Shown here one piece after another: positions 11,960 through 26,023 of a stretch of 63,287 bases of DNA. The DNA comes from Phoronis australis (lineage: Eukaryota; Animalia; Phoronida). Under the pieces are notes generated by a model. The model was not told the DNA's origin. It did no database searches and saw only the letters and a list, made by a program, of their open reading frames with translations. The translations under genes and the position numbers were made by a program. The stretch lies in contig NMRA01000438.1 in assembly GCA_002633005.1 (NCBI GenBank), forward strand, positions 199,831 through 263,117, written 5' to 3'. The first letter of the stretch is position 1. Each line of letters opens with the position of its first letter.

Positions 11960-14900
11960 CTGAAATAAAGAAAGCAAGCATTAGCTAGCATTCATTGTAG
12001 CACAACAAAAAGTGAAACCTTGAGTTTACAAAATATTCACGTACTGTGTAAGCCACAAGTATTCCGACAATGATCAGGAATTACCCGTCACGATGGATGG
12101 GCGGAGGCTGAATTCATCGCCTGAGTAGTCTTCCCTCCAGACCGAGAATGAAGGGGAATTAACATGAAAGTACGATTGCTAAGCCATTCTTTAACTAGAA
12201 TTTTGCCGCCATCTTATTTATAGCCAGCGGCAGCCATTCTTGGTGTTACCGTAACAGAATTATCCGAGGGAAACGGTACCATATTTTGTCCAATTATTTT
12301 TGTCATACAGTACTACTATAATCATCTGCCTTGATGTATGACCTGACCATAAGTTAATAACTTTATTTTAATAATAAGTTTAATCAATGCAGTTCAATAT
12401 TGACCATTGACTGAACAACCTTCAGTTTGTTCTTCAGTACTGTTCCTTGCCTACTTAGACTTTTTGTTGCCCCAAATCCTCATTTCATCTCAGTTGTTGT
12501 AACAAGACCACAAACTTACAGTTAATTTTTACATCATGTTGACAACATAGTCTCAACGCCATGTCCAACCACTTCACATTCCTATGATCAACTTCCCATC
12601 CTGATCCATGAGGTCATTCCCCAGTTCAGAGGTCATGACCCCAATGTAAAAATCCCAATCCAGTCAAATTTAACCATGTTCATAATGCCTTAGGTGTAGC
12701 TCATTTCCGAGATGAATGTACAGCGGTCCCAGCACCGTCCAATCGTACATTTAGACAATGACCTTAACCACAAGTTCACGACCCCACTCCAGTGGTGGTC
12801 ATGACACGACCAAACTGGAAGCTCACCTCCATATTGCCGCTGTAGCCGGAGTTGTCAAGATGAGCGTACAACTGGCCCAACACCTCTCGCAGACGTTTGC
12901 TGTTCTTTTTGTGCGGATGCAACAGCATGGGCTGGAAATTGACAGGTAAACCGTACCTGCAAGTAAACACGAACTGTGTCACCAACTAACAGCATCTTCA
13001 GCTCATCCCTATTGAAGATTCCTTGAATGACTAGTGAATAGGCGTCACATCCCAGTTTTGCCCCTCGGTCCATAATTCATCAAATACATGTAGACAGAGG
13101 GTCGCTTAGGCGTCATTCAATAAATACCCTAGTTAACATTTTAACTGTTGCACAGACAGGCTTACAAAAGAATGCCCAACACAGTATGTTTGGGAGAGCT
13201 TATATTAGACATGACCATTTGAGTGAAGAAAAACATGTTCGTCCAGTCGAACATTATGTTCTCATTAACTTACAGAGACCTCTATTGACGATCAGACAAA
13301 CTAAATAAGTATACCAGTGGAAGAGTCCATATGTGGAAGAGTCTATTACACAGTAAAAACTTTCATAACGCATGTATTCTCTCCGTTTGATTCTGTTCAA
13401 GAATTCAAGAATTACGTTCAGTGCCATTTTGGTTGACAAAATATTTTTGTTCTTACTAAACGCGAGGAAGTCAATAGTTATAAAGCCCAACACGATTCCA
13501 TTTCACAATGTGTTTTCATTTTCTACGATATTTGTCCTTCTTCTCACTTTCCATAAAATTTTAATCGACAGACTATATTTCGTCATTTTTCCAGGTATAA
13601 CACAGTGAGTCATAACCATGTCCAATCACTCTAATACATACTAACAGCACGGCATGGGTACAAACAGCAGCAAAACTATACCTCAACACAGACTCCACAA
13701 AAAGCCTCAAGGCTTTTACATGTATCCAGGCTGTAAAGGCTTCACTAAAGTTAACTTTCAACCACCTCACCAGGGGTCCCTGGAATATGAAAAGACAAAA
13801 ATCATAGGTCACTGCAGAATTTGAAAAGGCAGAAGACACAACCATCCAACATTAACAAAAGAACTTTTAAAAGATCAGATGACTCTTTCGCCCAAGTCAG
13901 TGGGAAATTCTTGGTAAATGTGCACGCTAATAAATTTTACACTATTTTAATTTACACTTCCTTGTAAATGAATGTTTCTAACAAAACTTCTGGCACTCAT
14001 CCCTTACAGGGGTCCCAGTTTCTGAGAACCAGTTTGCTGGTGGTTATTCAAAGGAGGAAACTGGTTCTCACAATCCAGAACCCGTGACTATCACCGACCC
14101 TTGACCTATCACAGACAGCCAACAACCCAGTTGATACTCACAAATTGACGTTTCTTGTCTGTCGCCAGTTTATTAATCTCATTTTTTCCCGCGGCTAGTT
14201 GCTCTTCATTGTACGTAAAATCTCGCACAGCAAACCTGAAAATGGCAGCAAGCCATGATTAAGGACAATATAATTGCACACAGACTTCAAAAGCCAAACA
14301 ATCCATTCGACAAGTTGACCCTACTCTGTGCAGATTCCATTTTCAAAGACCAAGCAAATGTGGCTTCAATATTTGAGGTCATATGAGACTCAAATAAGAT
14401 GTCCAAATTTAACTAATTATCTCAGAAATGGACGATCCGATTCAAATGAAACTTTCACATACTAAACTTTATGCAGTGTACTCTAAAATGCTTTAGGAAC
14501 TATTTTGCACGAGGAGCTATCAAAAATAAGCCTTTCATGAAAAAACAATGCATATAACAAAAAACAAATAAATGATAATCTAGAAAACTGTTGCAACTTA
14601 TTTGACAATTCACCTTCAAAATTTTTATCAAATGCAATTTGGATAATTATTGATACTGGAATTTTGCCAAGGATATACGATGATTCTTTTTTCCTAAAAG
14701 ATATGGCCACATCACCCAATCAATGACAGATTGGTATAGAATGAAAAATCAAATTCTAACTACGTTTTCAACTTGATTCCGGTTAGTCGGAGTTGACATT
14801 ATTATCGCTGCACAAAACTAAAAATAACTGAAACCCATTGGAGCCCTAGGCAGCGCCATCTTTGAAATACCATGGCTTTGACTCGTCTTTTGGGGTTGAA

Positions 14901-17900
14901 CCCCTTGTTTAAAACATCACGTTAGCACTCTCAGTTACCTTTGAGACAGCCATGGACTGAATGACATTAACTGATTGCTTCTAACTGAATAAACACCATC
15001 ACTACCTTGATTTATACAAGCATGAATTTGTGTCTTAAGCTTCGCCAAATTAGCTCTGTGTGGGACGTCAACAAAACCTTTTAAAAAACAAAACCAAGCA
15101 CACGATGTAACTCACTTGTTTTCTCTGCAGTGGTGCTTGTACTCGTCCACGGCCTTCTTAAACAGGGTTACCGACCACAGTCCACTCTCGTTGTCTTCGA
15201 ATAGTAACCTGAACAGGGATCAGAAAGGAATCAGGGTTAGTTAAAACGGCTACACCTTAAAACTATGAGCACCAAATACATACTGCTACTAAGCAGGACT
15301 CATTGAAGATACCAGCTAGGGAATTAGGAAATCTTAATGTATGATGATGACACAACGTCACCCATCTCAAATGTAAACAGTCTAATTTTATGTTTATTAT
15401 GGAAAATGAAATGTTGTCAATGAATGATTGGAGTTCAGCCCAAAAAGCAACAATATGGCCATCAAAACTATTCCATATCGACATAAATCAATGAAAACAC
15501 ATACTTGGGGTTACATAGTTGGTTGTTTAAATATTAATGCACAATGTAAATAAGCACAAAGAATTTCAGTGATACATATGTCAAGATTAAATGTAAAAAG
15601 ACAATGGTATAGTGAAATGAATTTTAATTATAAAGTATTGGACTTGAGCACAATCCCGCCGATAAAGATCAAGAATTTAGTACAAATATGGAGAATAAAC
15701 AATGTCCGGAAATATAAAAAAGCGTTTCCTTACAAAATGGTTACTGAGCATCTACTTCCAATAATTACAAGAGCAACGCGGAGCGTTGAAATGCGCCCAC
15801 AATTGCACCGCATACGGTATCCTTCTAGGGTTGTTTATTGGTACCATAAAGTGGCCAGTAGAGGGCATACTTTGCAAAATGGAAAGGCATGGTCATTGTC
15901 TCCTCAATAGGCTAGGGGCAAAATGTGAGTAATCTTCATAATACAAGCACATCCTATACACCAGTTGCTTAAAGCACCACAGAAACATAGAATTAAAAAC
16001 AAATTTACCAACATACGAGATTAGCACAGCATTAGAATGCCAGAAACAAATTTCTACTTGGAACTTTTCCTTCACAGTCACGAAGTAACACAAAGTATAC
16101 ACCTGAAGACCTATGAAAATACAGAGGTCAATGTAAAATACTAAAATTGCCACTAGAGGCAAATACTAAAATTGCCACTAGAGGCATACCGGTAATCAGA
16201 ATCATCCTAAAGTCGTCATCGTCCGTTGTCAACATCACATAAATACACTTGCTAAATTTAGTAAAGATCCTGCAAACGGTTTGGGAGATACAGCCATGGG
16301 CGCAAAAAAACAAAACTGCCACTAGGAGGCGCCACAGTAGTCCAAATCGTCTGAAAATCATTGTCAGCTGTCTTCCTTATAGTAAGCACATACACGCCAA
16401 TTTTCACAATCATCCTTTGAGCGGTTTGGTTGATAGAGGGGTGGACGCAAAAATACAGACTCGAAAACAGTAAAAATGGCCACTAGGTGGCGCAAACTAC
16501 GTCGAATCCATCTGAAAACAGTAGGATAGCGTCATCTCACTAATAGGTGCCTACATACCAAATTTCATGAAAATCCGTTCAATACTTTTGAAGATACAAA
16601 GGTAAGCGTAAAAAACTAAAATTGCCACTAGGGGGCACACCGGTAGTCGGATCCGACCAAAAGTCGTCATCTTCCGTTGTTAACATCATATAAATATACT
16701 TACACAATTTGTAAAGATCCTGCGAACGGTTTAGGAGATACAGCCATAGGCGCAAAAAAACAAAACTGCCACTAGGAGGCGCCACAGTAGTCGAAATCGT
16801 CGGAAAATCATCGTCAACCATCCTCTACATAGTAAGCATATACATGCCAATTTTCACAATCATCCTTTGAGCGGTTTGGTTGATAGAGGGGTGGACGCAC
16901 AAAAACAGACTCGAAAACACTAAAAATGGCCACTAGGTGGCGCAAACTATGTCGAATCCATCTGAAAACGGGAGGATAGCGTCATCTCACTAATAGGTGC
17001 CTACATACCAAATTTCATGAAAATCCAATAAGGACTTGTGAAGATACAAAGGTAAGCGTAAAAAAATTAAAATTGCCACTAGGGGGCACACCGGTAGTCG
17101 GATCCGTCCAAAAGTCGTCATCTTCCGTTGTTAACATCATATAAATATACTTACACAATTTCGTAAAGATCCTGCGAACGGTTTAGGAGATACAGCCATA
17201 GGCGCAAAAAAAAAAAAACTGCCACTAGGAGGCGCCACAGTAGTCGAAATCGTCGGAAAATCATCGTCAACCGTCCTCTACATAGTAAGCACATACATGC
17301 CAATTTTCACAATCATCCTTTGAGCGGTTTGGTTGATAGAGGGGTGGAAGCACAAAAACAGACTCGAAAACAGTAAAAATGGCCACTAGGTGGCGCAAAC
17401 TATGTCGAATCCATCCGAAAACGGCAGGATAGCGTCATCTCACTACTAGGTGCCTACATACCAAATTTCATGAAAATCCGTTCAGGACTTTTGAAGATAC
17501 AAAGGTAAGCGTAAAAAACTAAAATTGCCACTAGGGGGCACACCGGTAGTCGGATCCGTCCGAAAGTTCGCACATGCCGTCCCATTCATGAATGGAACAT
17601 ATGTGCCAAATTTCATGAACGTATGTCAAAGGGTTTTGGAGATAGAGCAGCGGACGCCGGACGCCAGACGCCGGACGGACGCCGCCCGGACGGACGGACA
17701 GAGATGACGGCATAATGCGTCCACATATAAATATGTGGGCGCATAAAAAGTCAAATTGCCACTTGTTCTAAGATTTCTTCAGCAAAACTTGAAGTTAATC
17801 AAACACTTTAAATTGACACTTATGAGTAAATGTTGTCATTATCCAGGAATAGGAAGAATTAAACCAAGACTTTAATTTTGTAGTACACTAACGAAATGGA

Positions 17901-20900
17901 TATTTAGCTGCACATTCATGTATCAAAACCTTGTTAGAGTACGGCATTGTCCAATTTATTTACGTGGTCGATTTCTACCGTTAATTTTGTAGATGATTTA
18001 AGCTTGCCTAATTAATTTTTATATTTGTCACGGTTTTGAGTTACAAGAATCTTGTTTAAAAATGAACCGCACAGACCACACAAAACTTATCGCTACCACA
18101 CAATCAGTGTTACGTAATGATTTTACAGATTTGAACCATCACAATTTTCATCACTATCAGCTGGCCATCGTTATGGTAACCCTAGATGCATAGTGTCGAG
18201 ACCAGTCCCCGACAACAGAGACTATGTAGTGCTTTACTCACCTAGAAGATCTCGGAACTACCATGTCTGTCAGGGTCTCGTACTTCAACCTCCAATCATT
18301 GTACAGCATTCTGAAAGGGACAGCAGACGGCAACTGTGAACACTCAATAGCATGTTTTGTTAGAACCGGCTTGAAAAAAAAATTGAAAATCATCATCACT
18401 GACAGAAGGTGTCAATTAATGAACTCATATTTTCCAAGAAAATGCAAATAACACCCATTAAAATAGTCTCAGATATTGATATTGCACCACGAAAAAATAA
18501 TCAAAATAAATTGTCTTTAGTGAAACTCGTTACATGTGTTGAATGAAAGTTCCGCACAATAGGTTTAAACATCACTCCTTCTATGCAAATAAAATTCCAA
18601 AAGTGCAAAAACCAGACAGTGCCAACTGGCCAAGTGCAAGTCAATTATAGCGATTATCGTTAAGTAATTATGAGAGATTACAAGTAAATCAAGAGAGAAT
18701 TACCAAGCCTGTTTTTAGCTGAAATGATGTCAAATTTTGCAAATGATTGAAAATGCAAAAATTAACTGCACTAACAGCCCAACAACAGAACCATTACAAC
18801 CCATTAACTAACCTGGAATAATTAATGTAATTAACTGACAAAATGTCAGCAATTACACAATAAATAGCTGCATTTCCCTGCTTAGCTGGTTAAATAATGA
18901 ACATTTAAGTAGGTCTTTTATTCCCAAATTCGAAAATGGCGCATGCGCACACTGCCTTAAATGGAGTTGCCGGCTCATTTTGCAATAATTGAGGGCCACG
19001 TGACAGTGCTTATGTCTTTTTAAACGTCAAAGCGCATCACACACTCGACAATGACAGTTAAACGGCGCAAATTGAAGCTTTAGTCTACCATTAATTACCT
19101 AACGAACCTGGAATGAGTGTAATTGACCGACAAAATGTCAACAATTACGCTAACTGACAATTTCCTGCAACCGAACTTACTTTGGAATTACAACCAGTAA
19201 TGTGACCATATACTCAGAGTCCGTGATGAAGTCTTCTTTCTTGACTATGTCACCTAGGTTACGCGTCATCAAGTTCCCACTAGAAAGACACAACCGTATC
19301 CATCACTACATAATAACCATGGCTTTAACGAGCATACATGTTTGTCACAGTTTTACCATATGTTGAATAAAGACCCTTTTGCAAAATATATTTATTTTAA
19401 TTCCAAGTTTCTCGTGGCGATGATGAGGTCCTTTAGCATCGTACAACTGTTCGGACAATGACCTTTCAAAAACGTTAAATGAAACCTAATATAAGCCCGG
19501 ACATATTTTCGGAAACTGTGTCTAACATTTTATTGTCCAGTTTTAAAGCAAAGAATTATCACGAACCCATTCATTCACTCAAGATTGTTTTTAAAGTGCA
19601 TAAAATTGAATAGCTTTAAAAACGTCCTTTTTAATGCAAGTAGTTGTATCTCGCATGTAAGAATTTTACTTGACCATATTTAACACTCATTCATTAATTT
19701 TCCATACTTATTGCTGATTCAGCAAACACAGAGTGTTAAAACTGTCCTTACTGTGGTAATACGGTTAGTTAGCAACAAAGAAACCAAACACTTTGTTGCA
19801 CGATAGTCATTTGCCAAGAATGAAATTGCGGTCCAAACTTATAAAAGTCTTGCCAAAGTAAACAAAGTTTTACATCATTCAAAACGTATCATATGCATTT
19901 TCGAACAATCCATTAGATTTTCAAAACATGCAGTTTACGAAAATACGACCTTGGGTGTACTTTTAGAAAATTTCATTTGAATGAAAACACAATTCCAAAT
20001 AATACTATCGTGCAAAATTAAACAACCTTTTACATCAATACAATATTACATAAATTACATACTTCAGAACAACAATATGGGCGTACTTTCGGGGGGACTA
20101 TTTTCGAAAATTCCCCGTAAGATTCCGCTAGCTATGTTATGGGCAGGTAAGTAGAAACACATTGGGATAGTGCAACGTTACGCGAGACCTTACAGACAAT
20201 TTTGTGCATCAGGTACATTTTATGTATCTGAAAATTTCACATGAATCTGAACATCCGTTTCTGAGATATGTAGTTCTGGCTATAGCCAAACTTGGATTTT
20301 TTAGCATTACACATAACCTCACCATGTGGGCCCTCTTGGAAAGCAGTGCTATCACTGAAGAGGCCACCCTCATTTTAAATATCACAATAATAAGTAAATA
20401 AATAAATGTCACAAACAAAGCCTACGAAATCCACCATTGTAGCACAATTGTGTAAAACTGGCGTCAACTTGCCATATTCCAGAACTAGAAAAATTTTATC
20501 CTACGTCAAACGTAAAAGCCGCAACAAAATGAGACGTGCTAATAAACTACTGTAACAGCACGTATCCGAACGAAATGACGATACGACACCCAATATCCGT
20601 TCGATATTTTTGACAACAGACAAAGCCAGAGACGATTCCCTCTATGTCCGTCTATCGCCGAATCAACTTATCCCAAAAAGCCGTCATGACTGAGCTACTT
20701 ACGTCGCCTTTCTTTCCAACGTTTGCAGGTTACCCTTCAGGTTGTTGTATGCTTGGGCTTTCACTTTCAGATCAGCATCGATTTGACTAACTTGCTGCAG
20801 TAAACAATAGAGTCAAGACTTATCAATTAGGAAATGTTTGTAATCAAGTCCATGCCTTTAATACCAATAACGGCCAACGCATTTTGATTTATACCAGTGA

Positions 20901-23900
20901 CCACCATAACACTGGTTTGACTTTGTTCCTTATTCGGAGTGATTTCTGACATAATGTGAAATGGCAGTGCTGCAAACTGAGGGACTCCAGGAACTATACA
21001 CCTGAGTTGCATTTAAAGTCACTGAACCTTGTTTACCAGGTAGTACTTATATGTCCAAATATCTTAAATTCCGTTACCTCTAACCCCTACAAAGTATATA
21101 TTTTCTGACAGGTGAATAAATTTAACAACAAAATTTATTAACCTTATTTACTTGTCTTTGTTTTCTCACGAAATGTGCATTTTACTAAAAAATTGTTTTT
21201 TGGCTTCGAACAGATTTGATAAATATTGTTCCTCCAATCATATTGGTCATATGTTGATAATGGCATTTTTGAGGGAACAGAGTTTCAGATTTTTGAAATA
21301 GGTCCTAGTTTTTCGGAATGAAGTCTTCAACAAACTAAAGTAAGGCCATTTTTGCTCAAAATGCACCAAAAAGTCGACAATTATAAAAAAAGTAAGACCA
21401 ATATCTACTAAAGAAGGTTATTTTTGCTCAAAATGCACCAAAAAGTCGACAATTATAAAAAAAATAAGACCAAGATCTACATCTAATCTCAACTCAGATT
21501 CGAAATTTAACCACTCTCACTGCACGATTCCCATACAATGTTTACTAAAAGCATGATATGCAACTGGCAGAGACCATGAGCCAAGGTTTAACACACTGTT
21601 GTGGCACACTATGCGATTTAATGAAGGTACGGGGCGTAAATCAAATAGTAAAGCGAAATTTTTGACCAAGAGCGACGTCAGAACTTGACGTATTCACCTT
21701 AAATTTTTAATATTAAGTTCACAAAATCGAGACATTTGGCCACCAGCGTACTAGATTTAAGTCAGGATCGTGCTTTACCACAAATTTGCAGTGAAGTAGT
21801 TCCTTTTCAATAAAATGTACACTCTTAATATTTAAGTCAAACATTTAAAATGAAATCAGCTATACTAGAACTAGCCTACCTTGCTGATAATATCTGCAAT
21901 ATTCCTCAGAGACTGTTTGATTGGATACTTGGCCATGTCCCACTGAAAGCGGGTCAGGTAATTGGAAAGGTCCACTGGAAAGAATACAAGCAGTCGGACA
22001 CGTAAGGAAAACCCTAAAACTTAAGACGAACAGTACGCCAAATTCTCACCAATTAAGGACACAATATGGGGGATTTGATGAATGGTATTTCAACTGTTTT
22101 CAAAAAATATTATATCAAAGGCAAGTTTATACTTCGCCGTGTTTCAATTCTGCGCTTTTGCTACCATCTCACAATATTGCTTAAAAATGTAGGCATTCAC
22201 AACTAACAAGACTTTGACAAATGAACAAGAGCAATGCACAGCGCAAAAATGCACCCACGACTGCACAGCAAATGGTGTGCTTCAAGGGCTGTTTATTTCT
22301 AGCATTAAAAATGGTCACAAAATGCATTAAACCCACTCAAAAATGGGAAAGTGTAACCGTCTCTCAAAATTCTTTGGAAATTTCACGAAAATCCACCGAA
22401 GAACTTACGGTAAACGTAAAAAACAAAAAAAAAAAAACAACTGCCATTAGGAACCACAGCAGTAGTCGAATCCGTTCATCAGCTGTCAAATTGATAGAAA
22501 TATAAATTTTTCACAAACACATTGCAAGGGGTTCAGGAGATACAGGGCACCACAGTAGTTGGAGCAGTTTAAAAATACACGTCGGTCGTGCTCTCATCAG
22601 AGGGAACACATTTGCCAATTTCCATGATGATCCTCAGCATGGTTTGGCAGATACATATTAGTAGACAGCAAAAAAATGACAAAAAATAATTAAAATGGCC
22701 ACTGAGTGGTGCAGAATACAACAAATTAATCACAAAAAGGAAGGGTGCTATCGTCTTCATAGTAGAAATTTGTTTGGCCAATTTCATGAAAAAGTATCAA
22801 GGAATTCTGAAGTCACAGAGGCAAACGTAAAAAATAAAATCGCCATTAGAGAGCACAGCTGTAATTGTGACTGGTCTGAAACTGGCCATAATCTGTTGTT
22901 GCTATCTCCATAGGAACGCATCAGTTAAATTTCAGAAAAATCTTGCAAAGAGTAAAGGAGATATTATAGCCCTAAATGCAAAAAGATGCCACTAGGGGTT
23001 GCCAGAGTAGTTAAACACATCCAGAAACCAACATCAGCCTCAGTGCTCTTATGAGGAACACATCTCCAAATTTTAATACTGATCCTTCAAGCGGTTTGGT
23101 GGATGGAGAGGGTGATGCCAAAAACAAACACCATGGACTGGCGCAAAAAAATGTCAAATCCGCCCGAAAATAAGAAGGCATCGTCTCCTTAGTAGAAACC
23201 TATTTGCAAAATTTCAGTAGAAACACGAACACCAATTTTCTTAACTATCCCTAGAGTGGTTTGGTTGACTAATAAGTGGACACCAAAAACAGTAAAAATG
23301 ACCACTAGATGGCGTAAAATACATCCAATCCATACAAAAACAAGAACTTGTCATCGTTACTTCAATAAAAATACTACCTACCAAATTTCATAAAATTCCT
23401 CAAGGAACTTCAGACTGAGGAAAAAAGGAAATTGCCACTAGGGGGCACACCCTTCATCGGATCTGTCTGAAAGTCGTTGTCCGTGGTCAACTTCACATCA
23501 CTTGCTAAATTTAATAAAGATCCTGTAGAGTGTTTAGGAGATACAGCCATGCGCTCAAAATACCACTAGGAGGCACCACAGTTGTAGATGTCGTTGGAAA
23601 ATCGTCAGCCGTCCTCTTCACAGTAAGAACATTTATGCCAATTCTCATAATCATCCTTAGAGTGGTTTGGTTGACAGAGAGGCGGACACCAAAAAACAGA
23701 TTCGAAAACAGTAAAAATGGACACTAGATGGTGCAAAATACCTCTAATCTATCAAAAACAGCATCATCTCACTAATAGCTGCCTATATGTCAAGTTTTAT
23801 GAAAATCCATCAAGGACCTTGAGTTTGAAGATACAGAGGTTAACATAAAAAACTAAAATTGCATCCAGGTGTCGTACTGGTAGTCAGTTTTGTTTGAAAG

Positions 23901-26023
23901 TTCACTCATGCCATCCCATCCATGAAAAGAGGTTTACAGTCCATCTAAACAATCACAGAGCATTCCCCAGTAACATTAGCCAGTCACACTGTGCCTCACA
24001 ATCTATCTAACCAATCACAGCACACTCCTTGATAAACATTAACCAATCAAAACCTACTCCCATTAGCCAGCAGGTTCTCCTGGAGCTTGTCCCTCTGCTC
24101 CTCCAGCACCTCTCCCAGGTAATTGGCAACCTTCCTGGCGATTGTCTCGCAGAAGGTGTCCAGCTTGCCAAGGTCATCAGAGAGACCAACCAAGGTATCC
24201 AGGGTGCCGACCTAAAAAGGGAGTACCATAGCAATATTTATAGATAAAAACAGCTGACCCAGAAATCCCCGCCATGACTGCTGGATGGAAGCCAAATTCA
24301 TTGACAGAGGAGTCTTCCCTCATGATGGAGAATGAAGATAAAATTACATGTTAATGTTACCGTAGTGAAGTGGCAAAGCCATTTTGTAATTGGAATTTTG
24401 CTGCCCTTTGTTATTACAACTCACTTTTATTTTTACGGAACTAGCTGTCATGACGGTGAAACAATACATTAGCTGATTACTTTGTCTTGTACTGTATTTA
24501 CATGAAGCTGATTATTTTGTCTTTTAGTACATTTACCTGAAGCTGATTACTTTGTCTTGTAGTACATATACCTGAAGCTGATTATTTTGTCTTGTATCCT
24601 ATTTACCTGAAGTTGATTACTTTGTCTGGTATTGTATTTACCTGAAGCTGACTACTTTGTCTTGTACTGTATTTACCTGAGACTGATTACTTTGTCTTGA
24701 ACTGTATTTACCTAATATGCTCATCAACTTCAATTGGCTCCTATTCACCCTTGTTGCAACAGTTAGTTTGTGACGACAACACGTTTTCAACAAAATCTGT
24801 TATTTCGAAGTCAGAATTTTTTCTATAGTCCACCAGTGATTATTTTCTATAGACCACCAGATTTCTGAATGAGCCTTGTCAGTAAGAAAAAGCTCCGACA
24901 AAAGTTCTTTCGGAAAAAGGTTAAAAAAGTCCCCAACAGGATTGTTTCGCATAATGTCTTTGACTAACGTATTTGTAAAGTCGGGGCAAGATGCCATTAT
25001 TCATTCGATTGCAATCAATTTTGAGCGAAATCAGCGAAAAATTACCGTTCTTTCATAGACTATGACTGGATGAAAGGTTCCAAGAGAGCCTCACCTATCC
25101 GAAAGAACCCCATGTGAATCTTTTGAATGCAAAACCACTTCAGAAGGTAATAAATCGCATATTATAACTTACTGTTCGCTAAAATTGTCTTTCGTTTTTC
25201 TTACACATTCTGGAAACAACATGGCCGACGCGGACATTCGTTCCTTACTTCGTTTCAAAATCACAATGAGTGTCACATCTGCTTTGCCAAAAATATGTTA
25301 TGTTGCCTCTGGTCTTGGCCCAACTGGTTTTGAAACCTGGTTCTCAAAGTTAGCACCAGTTGGCGCTGGATGAAAACAAAAGGACCCTAATGTATTTCAG
25401 ATGGCATCAAATGATGGTGGGGAATAAAAAAGAAAAGGGACAACCCATTTCAACTAGCATAGGGTGACTTTCATTTTGGAGCATGAACAATTAAAACATG
25501 GACCAAATAAATTATAAAAAAAGAACCACTTATGATTATTTTTCAAAGGAGACAGTGTGGCCTAGTGTGATAGGTAATCGCTTTCTTTACTTGAGGTTGT
25601 GGGTTTGAGTTCCCTTGGGTCACACTGCTAAACCCCCTTCAGCTCAGTTTTAACTATATATTAATAAAGAATAAAAATGGTTCCAGGCGATCAATGTAAT
25701 GGGCCCACATGCACAGCCTGTGCACCTCTGGTACAATGAGTATCAGACCGCCTGCAATTATTTTTATGGTATATTTGGCCATAACCGAGTTACAGTAAGT
25801 TGAACAGTCGAGAATAAACAATGAAAGATGTTGAAAACTCTTGCAGAATAAACCAGCAATGCTATGTCTCAAACAACATCTTTACCTTCAAGTCTGGTAC
25901 ATGTACTTTGTAATTAGTGGACAGGTTGTGTTGCTTGTCTGTCACATTATTCATCATTTCCCAGGTCTGTTGACACGTTTTGTCTCCTGGGGCAGATATC
26001 AGCCAATACTCTTTACTAGCCAT
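11861..26023 (-). CDS. ATP6V1C1: V-type proton ATPase subunit C (V1 sector), 11 coding exons, ~386 aa
   Basis: Minus-strand exons 26023-25886, 24211-24058, 21974-21880, 20794-20703, 19279-19181, 18310-18242, 15208-15116, 14235-14142, 13779-13682, 12956-12827 and 11959-11861 join in frame (1161 nt). Hallmark motifs: [118 protein letters not shown]. Confidence 0.97.
12827..12956 (-). CDS. ATP6V1C1: ATP6V1C coding exon 10
   Basis: [43 protein letters not shown]. Confidence 0.95.
13682..13779 (-). CDS. ATP6V1C1: ATP6V1C coding exon 9
   Basis: [33 protein letters not shown]. Confidence 0.96.
14142..14235 (-). CDS. ATP6V1C1: ATP6V1C coding exon 8
   Basis: [31 protein letters not shown]. Confidence 0.95.
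15116..15208 (-). CDS. ATP6V1C1: ATP6V1C coding exon 7
   Basis: [31 protein letters not shown]. Confidence 0.95.
15767..17748 (+). mobile_element. Non-autonomous Helentron-type element (HINE / pearl / DINE-1-like) with an internal tandem array
   Basis: 5' box ACAAGAGCAACGCGGAGCGTTGAAATGCGCCCAC; core of ~150-bp CCACTAG-containing monomers; (CGGA)n-type microsatellite at ~17651-17700; terminal hairpin GCGTCCACATATAAATATGTGGGCGC whose GTGGGCGCA is inverted to the 5' TGCGCCCAC; A-rich flanks. Located in an ATP6V1C intron. Confidence 0.8.
18242..18310 (-). CDS. ATP6V1C1: ATP6V1C coding exon 6
   Basis: [23 protein letters not shown]. Confidence 0.95.
19181..19279 (-). CDS. ATP6V1C1: ATP6V1C coding exon 5
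   Basis: [33 protein letters not shown]. Confidence 0.95.
20703..20794 (-). CDS. ATP6V1C1: ATP6V1C coding exon 4
   Basis: [31 protein letters not shown]. Confidence 0.95.
21348..21472. repeat. Short direct duplication (~53 bp, period ~72 bp)
   Basis: ATTTTTGCTCAAAATGCACCAAAAAGTCGACAATTATAAAAAAA.TAAGACCAA present twice. Confidence 0.8.
21880..21974 (-). CDS. ATP6V1C1: ATP6V1C coding exon 3
   Basis: [31 protein letters not shown]. Confidence 0.95.
22225..23925 (+). mobile_element. Older, diverged and 3'-truncated copy of the same HINE-like family
   Basis: Begins ACAAGAGCAATGCACAGCGCAAAAATGCACCCAC and continues with degenerate CCACTAG monomers homologous to 16100-17600; no terminal hairpin seen. 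Confidence 0.7.
24058..24211 (-). CDS. ATP6V1C1: ATP6V1C coding exon 2
   Basis: [51 protein letters not shown]. Confidence 0.95.
24471..24713. repeat. Minisatellite, ~35-36-bp unit, about 7 copies
   Basis: AGCTGATTACTTTGTCTTGTACTGTATTTACCTGA repeated in tandem. Confidence 0.9.
25548..25760 (+). mobile_element. tRNA-derived SINE copy
   Basis: A-box-like TGGCCTAGTG and B-box-like GGTTTGAGTTCC; the body (GGTCACACTGCTA...AAAAATGGTTCCAGG.GATCA.TG.AATGGGCCCACATGC) is shared with 53961-54170. Confidence 0.6.
25886..26023 (-). CDS. ATP6V1C1: ATP6V1C coding exon 1
   Basis: [46 protein letters not shown]; acceptor at 26036-26037 just upstream of the ATG. Confidence 0.95.

Noticed and set aside
12075-12140. 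Possible cassette exon in the last ATP6V1C intron (minus-strand cag|GCG...CGG|gtaatt)
   Set aside because: The required phase-0 frame contains TGA, the acceptor lacks a polypyrimidine tract, and the flanking exons already join into a full-length protein.
16100-17600. Regularly spaced CCACTAG repeats as a CRISPR-like array
   Set aside because: The intervening sequences are themselves repeated with a ~450-bp period rather than unique spacers. The context is a eukaryotic intron and there are no cas genes.
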